Assembly (NCBI GenBank): GCA_003326195.1
Contig: LXQE01000136.1
Location: 323,952 to 331,564, forward strand
DNA: 7,613 nt
Direction: 5' to 3'
Source: Nostoc punctiforme NIES-2108
Lineage (GTDB): Bacteria; Cyanobacteriota; Cyanobacteriia; Cyanobacteriales; Nostocaceae
Positions 1 through 5,686 of this stretch are shown one piece after another. The notes below the pieces were generated by a model. The model searched no databases and was not told the DNA's origin. It was given only the letters and a program-made list of their open reading frames with translations. The position numbers and the translations under genes are program-made. Position 1 is the first letter of the stretch, and each line of letters opens with the position of its first letter.

Positions 1-60
1 ACAGTTGAGCCTGAAACAGTTGAGCCTGAGACAGTTCCGTCTGAAACAGTTCCATCTGAA
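1..60 (+). repeat. 15-bp tandem repeat, 4 units. It may continue beyond the left edge.
   Basis: Units are ACAGTTGAGCCTGAA / ACAGTTGAGCCTGAG / ACAGTTCCGTCTGAA / ACAGTTCCATCTGAA, read directly from the sequence. The period is a multiple of 3. Confidence 0.9.
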
Positions 61-255
61 AGTATTTCTGTTATTATCCCCACACCTGCAAAAAAGAGAA
101 ATGAGGGTAACTACTATGAAATACCTTTACCAATTCAAAAAATGTTTACGACAGATAACCCCACCCACGCTGATGCGCACCCCAATACTTGTCGGTTAAG
201 AGGAAAAGGGGAATGGGAAAAAGGAAAGAAAAAACCTTTAATCCTTACCCTTTAA
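1..255 (+). CDS. 3' end of a CDS entering from the left edge. The C-terminal 84 aa begin with TVEPE/TVPSE pentapeptide repeats. Product unknown.
   Basis: Frame +1 is open from base 1 to TAA at 253-255. Translation: TVEPETVEPETVPSETVPSESISVIIPTPAKKRNEGNYYEIPLPIQKMFTTDNPTHADAHPNTCRLRGKGEWEKGKKKPLILTL*. It is absent from the ORF track because it has no Met. The 15-bp repeat unit preserves the frame. Frame +2 and one minus-strand frame are also open across the repeats, so the frame choice is tentative. Confidence 0.35.
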   Translation, partial: TVEPETVEPETVPSETVPSESISVIIPTPAKKRNEGNYYEIPLPIQKMFTTDNPTHADAHPNTCRLRGKGEWEKGKKKPLILTL

Positions 256-465
256 GCTTTTCCCTAAACCAAATTCCAGTTTAAAATTCAAAACCCGATT
301 AGTATTGACGCGCACCCTGCCTTATACCATTTTTGATTTTAGATTTTGGATTGTGAAACATGCATTGGATAAGTGTTTCAGTTTTGCATCTGTCGCAATC
401 ATTTTTCAAATTGGTATTAGCAAGGAGAGGGTAGGTGGGTATTGCCCACTCAAAAGGAATCGCAT

Positions 466-494
466 AAAAAAACCCCTAGTATTTCTACTAGAGG
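466..494 (-). terminator. Rho-independent terminator, probably for clpC
   Basis: On the minus strand the sequence reads CCUCUAGUA-GAAA-UACUAGGGG followed by U7. The stem pairs 473-481 with 486-494 (8 of 9 pairs, one C/A mismatch), the loop is 482-485, and the A7 run on the plus strand is 466-472. It lies about 120 nt downstream of the clpC stop codon. Confidence 0.6.
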
Positions 495-614
495 TGGAAA
501 ATATATACCATTTCACTTGATGTTTGTCTGAGATGACCCTATTTGTGCCTCTGCTCTACGCAAGAGGCTGGAGTGTTTCTCAAATATTAGAGTAAAAAGC
601 GATCGGGTATAAAA

Positions 615-3068
615 TTAGCCAACATTTGCCAAGAGCAATTCTCGTTTTTCTAATTTTTGTACCTTCACTTGAGAGTCGTCATCAACATCGATAAGCGCTG
701 TGTCTCCGTCTGTAATTTCACCAGACAGCATTGCTTCGGCGAGAGAATCTTCTAGGAGGCGCATAATTGCCCGACGTAATGGCCTAGCGCCGTAGCTGGG
801 GTTATAGCCTTCTTGTACCACAAGCTCTTTGAAGCGATCGCTAACTTCTAGGATAATTCCCCTTTCTGTCAAGCGACTAGCAACATCGCGAAGCATAATT
901 TCGGCGATTTGCTTAACTTCATCCTTGGAAAGCTGGGTGAAGACGATAATCTCATCAAGACGGTTAAGGAACTCAGGACGGAAGTAAGCTTTCAATTCCT
1001 CATTTACCAAGGTGCGGATGCGGTTATAACTAGCGTCGGCTTGAGTGTCGAAGTCAAAGCCTAAACCACTACCACCTTTTTCAATCACCTTGGAACCGAT
1101 GTTAGAAGTCAAAATGATCAGCGTATTCTTGAAGTCCACTTTCCGACCTTTGGCATCGGTAAGATGACCGTCATCCAAGAGTTGCAGCAACATATTGAAT
1201 ACATCGGGGTGCGCTTTTTCGATTTCGTCGAATAGCAGCACTGAGTAGGGTTTCCGGCGCACGGCTTCTGTTAGTTGTCCGCCTTCGTCGTATCCTACAT
1301 AACCAGGAGGTGAACCAATTAGCTTGGCGACGGTATGGCTTTCCATGTATTCGGACATATCTAGCCGAATCATCGAGTCTTCCGCGCCGAAGAAGTAGGC
1401 AGCTAGTGCCTTCGCCAATTCTGTTTTACCAACTCCAGTAGGGCCAGAGAAGATAAAGCTAGCAATGGGACGATTGGGATTTTTTAAGCCAACGCGGGCG
1501 CGACGGATACCGCGAGATACAGCCGTGACTGCTTGCTCTTGCCCAATGAGGCGCTGATGCAGAGTGTCTTCTAGGTGTAAGAGCAGCTCTGACTCAGATT
1601 CAGTTAGCTTGTTGACTGGTACGCCAGTCCAAGAGGCAACAATTTGAGCGATGTCTTCTTCGTCAACTACAGTCGAGTTGACAGGTTGCTCGGTTGGTGT
1701 AAACGTTGCTTGCAGTTGTTCTGCGAGTTTTAACTCTTGGTCTCGTAGTTGTGTCGCTTTGTCAAAATCTTGGACTCTGACTGCTGCTTCTTTTTCTTTG
1801 GTAACGCCAGCGAGTTCACGCTTAAGTTCTTTATTGGGAGAACTTTGGGAGTTCCGCAGACGAACGCGAGAACCAGCTTCATCAATCAAGTCTATTGCCT
1901 TATCTGGCAAGAAGCGATCGCTAATATAGCGGTCTGATAATTCTGCGGCGGCGACAAGTGCCGCATCCAAAATTGTGACTTTGTGGTGTTGTTCATAAGC
2001 ACCGCGCAAGCCGTAGAGAATTTGTACGGTTTCTTCTACCGATGGTTCCCCAACCTTAATCGGTTGGAAACGACGCTCTAGGGCAGCATCACGCTCAATA
2101 TGCTTCCGATACTCATCGAGGGTAGTTGCGCCGATGCACTGGAGTTCACCGCGTGCTAAGGCAGGTTTAAGGATGTTGGCTGCATCCAAGCCACCTTCTG
2201 TACCACCAGCGCCAACTAAGGTGTGAATTTCGTCAATCACCAGGATAATATTGCCCACAGTGCGGACTTCTTCCACGACTTTTTTGATGCGTTCTTCAAA
2301 ATCGCCACGGAAGCGAGTTCCAGCTACCAATGACCCCATATCGAGGCTGATAACTTGCTTGCCTTGTAAGCTTTCGGGAACATCCTGATTGATAATACGT
2401 TGAGCTAGACCTTCGGCGATCGCAGTTTTACCAACTCCTGGTTCCCCAATCAACACTGGGTTATTCTTAGTGCGGCGACCGAGAATTTGGATTGCCCGCT
2501 CAATTTCCTTCTGGCGACCAACTACGGGGTCGAGTCTGCCTTCTTGGGCTAATTTGGTCAAATTTCTGCCAAACTCTTCCATTGTTAGCGGTTGGGTGCG
2601 CTTTTGATTACCACTACCAGCAAAAGCCGGTGCATTTTCACCCAAACGGCGAACTATCGCACTGCGGACACTCTTGAAGTCAACCCCTAGATTTTGCAGT
2701 ACTTTGGCGGCGACACCTTCACCAGCCTCGGTTAATCCTAAGAGTAAGTGTTCAGTGTTAATGTAATTCTGTCCCAAACTATGAGCTTCTTTAAACGATT
2801 GCTCAAAGAGGCTTTTTACTTTAGGAGTAAAAGGAATTTCTGGTGGTACAAAGCCAGAACCCCTACCAATAATTTTTTCTACCTCGCGACGCGCGTCTTT
2901 GAGGGTAACGCCTAATTCAGCCAGCACTTTAGCAGCAACCCCAGTTCCTTCTCCCATCAAACCCAGGAGAATTTGTTCAGTTCCTACGAAATTGTGTCCC
3001 AGGCGACGTGCTTCCTCCTGAGCTAACATAATTACTCTAATGGCTTCGGAAGTGAAGTGTTCAAACAT
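615..3068 (-). CDS. clpC: ATP-dependent Clp protease ATP-binding subunit ClpC (class I Hsp100/Clp AAA+ chaperone), 817 aa
   Basis: - The N-terminus [37 protein letters not shown] is the canonical ClpC Clp_N repeat; the second repeat contains [12 protein letters not shown].
- NBD1 has Walker A GEPGVGKT and Walker B ILVIDEIH.
- There is a UVR-like middle linker ([16 protein letters not shown]).
- NBD2 has Walker A GPTGVGKT and Walker [12 protein letters not shown].
- An LGF tripeptide (GSGLGFDF) matches the ClpP-docking loop, and the sensor motif GARPLRR is present.
- I place the start at the ATG at 3068-3066, not the track's ATG at 3125. Confidence 0.95.
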   Translation of the reverse strand: MFEHFTSEAIRVIMLAQEEARRLGHNFVGTEQILLGLMGEGTGVAAKVLAELGVTLKDARREVEKIIGRGSGFVPPEIPFTPKVKSLFEQSFKEAHSLGQNYINTEHLLLGLTEAGEGVAAKVLQNLGVDFKSVRSAIVRRLGENAPAFAGSGNQKRTQPLTMEEFGRNLTKLAQEGRLDPVVGRQKEIERAIQILGRRTKNNPVLIGEPGVGKTAIAEGLAQRIINQDVPESLQGKQVISLDMGSLVAGTRFRGDFEERIKKVVEEVRTVGNIILVIDEIHTLVGAGGTEGGLDAANILKPALARGELQCIGATTLDEYRKHIERDAALERRFQPIKVGEPSVEETVQILYGLRGAYEQHHKVTILDAALVAAAELSDRYISDRFLPDKAIDLIDEAGSRVRLRNSQSSPNKELKRELAGVTKEKEAAVRVQDFDKATQLRDQELKLAEQLQATFTPTEQPVNSTVVDEEDIAQIVASWTGVPVNKLTESESELLLHLEDTLHQRLIGQEQAVTAVSRGIRRARVGLKNPNRPIASFIFSGPTGVGKTELAKALAAYFFGAEDSMIRLDMSEYMESHTVAKLIGSPPGYVGYDEGGQLTEAVRRKPYSVLLFDEIEKAHPDVFNMLLQLLDDGHLTDAKGRKVDFKNTLIILTSNIGSKVIEKGGSGLGFDFDTQADASYNRIRTLVNEELKAYFRPEFLNRLDEIIVFTQLSKDEVKQIAEIMLRDVASRLTERGIILEVSDRFKELVVQEGYNPSYGARPLRRAIMRLLEDSLAEAMLSGEITDGDTALIDVDDDSQVKVQKLEKRELLLANVG

Positions 3069-3376
3069 AATGGGTTCTTGCTCCCTCGCTGCTTGGACTT
3101 TGGGTGAGATAAAATTCACCCTCATCTAAAGTTTTTTGTATTTTCTTAAGGACTAATGTAACTTTATTTAAAGTTAAGTGGCAGTGGTGAGAGCCGTAAG
3201 ACATCAGGTGTACTTGCCGTCTACTAGAAGTTCTGAGTGGAGTACGGGGAAAGCTAAAAGTTGCAAACTTGACAGTTAAGCTTTCGGTATTTGACAATTT
3301 TCTTTTGTCTGTCCTGTTTTCCATTGTCAGCTAAACTTAAAATTCAGGACTTAGCACTCTAAACTCAGGACTGACA

Positions 3377-3673
3377 ATGACTGAAGCAACGGCCGGTAAA
3401 GACCAACAACATCCACTTTATAACCGCGATCGCCCCCTTATTGATATTTTACTCGCTCAAGAGGCTACAGACTATAACTTAGCAGAATTGGCTAGACTGC
3501 GAATGCGCTATCAAGGGTTTCCAGGGGCGAGAGACATCCAAAAAGACCTAGATAAAGTCTTGCAACAGTGGGGTTTGACCGAAGCCGAGCTTTTTGAGAA
3601 AACTCGTCAAATTCACGATTTGGGTGGAATTTACAAAAGCCGTGGCAAGAAAGATGAACAGGATTGGAATTAG
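3377..3673 (+). CDS. Small conserved cyanobacterial protein of unknown function, 98 aa. I believe it belongs to the DUF3288 family, but this is unverified.
   Basis: A clean ORF with protein-like composition and a HIP1 site in frame. A weak AGGA sits 6 nt upstream of the ATG. The motif DYNLAELARLRMRYQGFPGARDIQ and the length (88-101 aa is the family range as I recall it) match my memory of the family. Confidence 0.75.
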   Translation: MTEATAGKDQQHPLYNRDRPLIDILLAQEATDYNLAELARLRMRYQGFPGARDIQKDLDKVLQQWGLTEAELFEKTRQIHDLGGIYKSRGKKDEQDWN

Positions 3674-3678
3674 TTATG

Positions 3679-3720
3679 GGGAATTGGGCATTGGGCATTG
3701 GGCATTGGGCATTGGGCATT
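3679..3720. repeat. Heptanucleotide tandem array (STRR type): GGGAATT x1 plus GGGCATT x5
   Basis: Perfect GGGCATT units at 3686-3692, 3693-3699, 3700-3706, 3707-3713 and 3714-3720, preceded by the variant GGGAATT at 3679-3685. The array starts 5 nt after the stop codon of the 98-aa gene. Confidence 0.95.
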
Positions 3721-3740
3721 AGTTATTCTTTTCCATTCCT

Positions 3741-3803
3741 AACTCCTGACTCAGTGCTGGAATCGCGTTGGCAAAGCCCGCCGTAGGCATCGCTAATTCT
3801 GTG
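3741..3803 (+). repeat. Possible degenerate partial copy of the core of the MITE-like element at 4114-4235
   Basis: AACTCCTGACTC ... CGTTGGCAAAGCCCGCCGTAGGC ... ATTCTG aligns with TACTCCTGAACTC-CGTTAGCGCAGCGGGGCGTAGCC-ATTCTG of copy A (hand alignment; about 16 of 23 in the core block). The region also forms an imperfect hairpin, GGCAAAG (3770-3776) with CTTTGCC (3805-3811). Confidence 0.3.
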
Positions 3804-3891
3804 CCTTTGCCTAATTCAGATGTCACTGTGAATTGTACACCATGTTTTTTTTATAATCTACCGGGAAATGGCTAATCATAAGGGAGTATTT

Positions 3892-4125
3892 TTACTTACT
3901 GGCTTGGTGATAAATAAATAGTCTAATAGTTTTTGGAATATTAAAATAAACCTTGCGATCGCTACCTCGTTTCCAGAACGACATGAGTTTAGACAAGTCT
4001 TTTTGGAAATAGTCTAAATCGATTGTGGCGATCGCTTCCTCATTTTCTGCTCCCCAATCAGGAAAGTTTTGCCAATAAAGCTCGATAGCTGCTAGAGAAT
4101 CGTAAAACTTGAAATACAGCAGATT
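3892..4125 (-). pseudogene. Start-less 77-codon ORF remnant (unknown protein), apparently truncated at the MITE-like element
   Basis: The minus-strand frame is open from the codon after the in-frame TGA (4128-4126) to TAA (3894-3892). Translation: NLLYFKFYDSLAAIELYWQNFPDWGAENEEAIATIDLDYFQKDLSKLMSFWKRGSDRKVYFNIPKTIRLFIYHQASK*. There is no ATG, GTG or TTG before the internal Met, which lies 30 codons from the end. The composition is protein-like and two HIP1 sites lie inside. The open frame ends 12 nt into the MITE. Confidence 0.4.
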
Positions 4126-4133
4126 TCAAGTTT
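4105..4133. other. Perfect 11-bp AT-rich hairpin spanning the left end of the MITE; a possible weak terminator for the peptidase gene on the minus strand
   Basis: AAACTTGAAAT (4105-4115), loop ACAGCAG (4116-4122), ATTTCAAGTTT (4123-4133). On the minus strand the 3' arm plus the next base ends in UUUU. The hairpin is absent from copy B, because the left arm there is flanking DNA. Confidence 0.3.
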
Positions 4134-4235
4134 CTTTGCCCAAATATAAAGCGTATTTTACTCCTGAACTCCGTTAGCGCAGCGGGGCGTAGCCCATTCT
4201 GGATTCTGGATTCTGGATTCTGAATTCTGCTGTAT
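4114..4235 (+). mobile_element. MITE-like non-autonomous element, copy A (122 bp), with about 15-bp terminal inverted repeats
   Basis: The ends ATACAGCAGATTTCA (4114-4128) and TGAATTCTGCTGTAT (4221-4235) are inverted repeats (14 of 15). A second copy lies in inverted orientation at 6698-6812. There is no coding capacity. The element directly abuts the stop codon of the peptidase gene (4237). Confidence 0.7.
4195..4229. repeat. Heptamer array inside the right arm of MITE copy A: CATTCTG, GATTCTG x3, AATTCTG
   Basis: Units at 4195-4201, 4202-4208, 4209-4215, 4216-4222 and 4223-4229. Copy B has only the two outer units (CATTCTG AATTCTG). Confidence 0.9.
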
Positions 4236-4236
4236 G

Positions 4237-5100
4237 TTAGGAATTTGTCTTGGCAAAAGTATTACATTTCTGAGGATCGCCCGTTTGGATACCTATACCT
4301 TGTTTAAACCAACGAACCCTTTGGGCTGAACTACCATGTGTAAAAGATTCTGGCACAGCATAGCCTTTAGCTTGTTTTTGCAAGCGGTCATCTCCAATAC
4401 TGCTAGCTGCGTTCAATGCTTCTTCAATATCACCTGTTTCCAGAATTTGCCGTGAGCGTTGAGCATGATTTGCCCAAACGCCTGCAAAACAGTCTGCTTG
4501 TAATTCTAATCGCACAGAAAGCTGATTTGCTTGTGTCTGACTCACTTGGTTCTGCAAGGTTTGAACTTGCTGCGAAATTCCAAGTAAATTTTGGACATGA
4601 TGTCCAATTTCATGAGCAATCACGTATGCTTGAGCAAAATCTCCAGGTGCCTGATATCGAGTCTTCAAATCGCGATAAAAACTCAAGTCAATATACACCT
4701 TTTGATCGCGCGGACAATAAAAAGGCCCAACTGCTGAACGTGCAAATCCACAAGCAGACTCCACCGCTCCTGAGTAAAGAACTAACTTTGGTTCTACATA
4801 ACTTTTTCCATCTTGCCGAAACTGCTCACTCCATGTATCTTCTGTATCAGCCAGTACAACAGATACAAAATCCGCCATTTGATCTTGAGTTTGAGATCCT
4901 GTTGTTTGAGGTGACTCAGCTATCGGGCTATCACTTGGTGGGGAATCTTGTTGCCAAAGGGCACTGGGATCGCCACCCAATAGTAAAACCAGTAGCGATA
5001 TAAGTGCTACTCCTACACCTCCACCCACGACAGGAGCGGAAATCTTCATCCCACGCCGATCTTCAACATTTGTACTCCGACGACCTATTTGCCAACGCAT
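4237..5100 (-). CDS. ypfJ: YpfJ-family putative neutral zinc metallopeptidase (Zn_peptidase_2 family), 287 aa, with an N-terminal membrane anchor
   Basis: - The N-terminus MRWQIGRRSTNVEDRRG matches E. coli YpfJ (MRWQGRRESDNVEDRR).
- A hydrophobic segment follows (APVVGGGVGVALISLLVLLLGG).
- Shared with YpfJ are GPFYCP...VYIDLSFY, the zinc site VIAHEIGHHVQ (HExxH), LELQADCFAGVW, AASSIGDDRLQ, FTHGSSAQR and GDPQKCNTF. Confidence 0.9.
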   Translation of the reverse strand: MRWQIGRRSTNVEDRRGMKISAPVVGGGVGVALISLLVLLLGGDPSALWQQDSPPSDSPIAESPQTTGSQTQDQMADFVSVVLADTEDTWSEQFRQDGKSYVEPKLVLYSGAVESACGFARSAVGPFYCPRDQKVYIDLSFYRDLKTRYQAPGDFAQAYVIAHEIGHHVQNLLGISQQVQTLQNQVSQTQANQLSVRLELQADCFAGVWANHAQRSRQILETGDIEEALNAASSIGDDRLQKQAKGYAVPESFTHGSSAQRVRWFKQGIGIQTGDPQKCNTFAKTNS

Positions 5101-5120
5101 AATTACTGCTTACCAAACTC

Positions 5121-5171
5121 ATAAAAAAATACGGCTTGAACTAGGTAGGATGAAATCTACACAAGCCTTTT
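5121..5171. terminator. Bidirectional-terminator-like hairpin (weak) flanked by A7 and T4
   Basis: The outer stem pairs GGCTTG (5133-5138) with CAAGCC (5162-5167). The inner stem pairs GTAG (5145-5148) with CTAC (5157-5160). A7 is at 5123-5129 and T4 at 5168-5171. On the minus strand the U7 tract ends 22 nt upstream of the peptidase ATG. The asymmetric internal loop makes the structure weak. Confidence 0.25.
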
Positions 5172-5272
5172 AACTATACAAATAAATATTACTTATTCTA
5201 TGTATCGATCTCTTCTGCCTACGGACAAAGCACAGGTAAAGTACAGTCAGCCTTTAGGAAGGTTTTATTAAA

Positions 5273-5686
5273 CAGGTAGTCCATTAAATCACACAGAATT
5301 CCCGGACTACTTATAGGGAAAACCACAGTCAGGACAAAAGCGAAATTTCAAAGGCGTAATTTGCACCCCATAACCAAGCTCTAAGGATTTGGGATATCAA
5401 CACAGGGGAATGTCGTTATGTCTGCGTTGGAAATACAAATTTTAGTTGAGGCTGTCCCATGTCACTCACTAATAATAATTCCGCATCAGTTAGGGATCTT
5501 CCCATCTTGGTGTATTCACTTTTTGACTTGCACCGTTGAGGCTGTTACTGCCTACCTAATGAGCGAGAGAATGTATTTTATTACTAAGGATAGTTTTGAA
5601 TTGAACCAACTCGTATTTAATATAACAAGTACTGAAGAATCAACTTTGTCAGTGATTAATCTTTCCCCTGCGACCAAGGAGTAATT
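5273..5686 (+). pseudogene. Decayed WD40-repeat gene fragment with stops, at least one frameshift and internal deletions. It may extend upstream to about 5214.
   Basis: - Frame 2 (5360-5449) reads FAPHNQALRIWDINTGECRYVCVGNTNFS*, against the WD40 consensus FSPDGQ...(K/R)(I/L)WD(I/V)xTGEC(L)xx(L)xGHTNxV.
- After a frameshift, the 88-aa ORF frame continues VEAVPCHSLIII, then a second VEAV..., and ends LSVINLSPATKE (compare SVNFSPDGK).
- Upstream, the same frame carries two in-frame TAA stops (5285-5287 and 5357-5359). Confidence 0.4.
5676..5681 (+). promoter_or_regulatory. Shine-Dalgarno sequence AAGGAG for the 320-aa gene
   Basis: AAGGAG lies 5 nt upstream of the ATG at 5687. Confidence 0.7.

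Noticed and set aside
5-199. 64-aa ORF in frame +2 across the 15-bp repeats (MSLKQLSLRQFRLKQF…)
   Set aside because: It uses TTG as its start and has a basic, hydrophobic, repeat-driven composition that does not look like a protein. Frame +1 is open for longer and gives a more plausible acidic, proline-rich linker sequence. I treat it as a by-product of the repeat.
335-355. Three imperfect heptamers, GATTTTA GATTTTG GATTGTG
   Set aside because: There are only three units and each one differs. This is too short and degenerate to call an STRR array; I note it only as possible seed sequence.
305-520. 71-aa ORF in the clpC-distal intergenic region, plus a TTGACG hexamer at 305-310
   Set aside because: It has no ribosome-binding site, odd composition, and it runs through the clpC terminator hairpin. 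The -35-like hexamer has no correctly spaced -10 element and no downstream gene to drive.
547-568. Hairpin GCCTCT, 10-nt loop, AGAGGC in the clpC 3' region
   Set aside because: A 6-bp stem with a 10-nt loop and no U tract on either strand. The stronger canonical terminator at 466-494 explains termination.
1651-2677. Plus-strand ORFs 1651-1929, 1749-1937 and 2492-2677 inside clpC
   Set aside because: They are antisense to a highly conserved gene, and their Ser/Cys/Arg-rich translations are typical of the reverse frames of a real CDS. They have no independent support.
3269-3296. Two direct TTGACA hexamers (3269-3274 and 3291-3296) as promoters or an operator in the clpC/98-aa divergent region
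   Set aside because: Neither has a convincing -10 element at 16-18 nt spacing, so I could not assign a promoter with confidence from sequence alone.
3061-3324. 87-aa minus-strand ORF overlapping the clpC 5' end and leader
   Set aside because: It overlaps the clpC start out of frame, has no recognisable motifs, and lies in the divergent promoter region. It is most likely spurious.
3492-3719. 75-aa minus-strand ORF starting MPNAQCPMPNAQ…
   Set aside because: Its N-terminus is just the translated heptamer array, and the rest is antisense to the 98-aa gene.
3852-3857. Perfect TATAAT box preceded by T8 on the plus strand, a possible promoter for an RNA antisense to the ORF remnant
   Set aside because: The nearest -35-like hexamer (TTGTAC, 3833-3838) is only 13 nt away and there is no extended -10 TG. 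A single hexamer in AT-rich DNA is expected by chance.
3679-4229. The possibility that the short tandem arrays are CRISPR repeats
   Set aside because: The units are 7 bp and directly abutting with no spacers. No 25-40-bp repeat/spacer periodicity exists anywhere in the window, and there are no cas genes.
4416-5003. 195-aa plus-strand ORF
   Set aside because: It is entirely antisense to the well-supported YpfJ-like peptidase gene and has no motifs. A long antisense frame like this is common opposite a real CDS.
5418-5684. 88-aa ORF as a functional gene immediately upstream of the 320-aa gene
   Set aside because: Its Cys/His/Trp/Ile-rich composition is not protein-like and there is no ribosome-binding site. 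Its sequence is better explained as the longest intact frame of a decayed WD40 repeat region (see findings).
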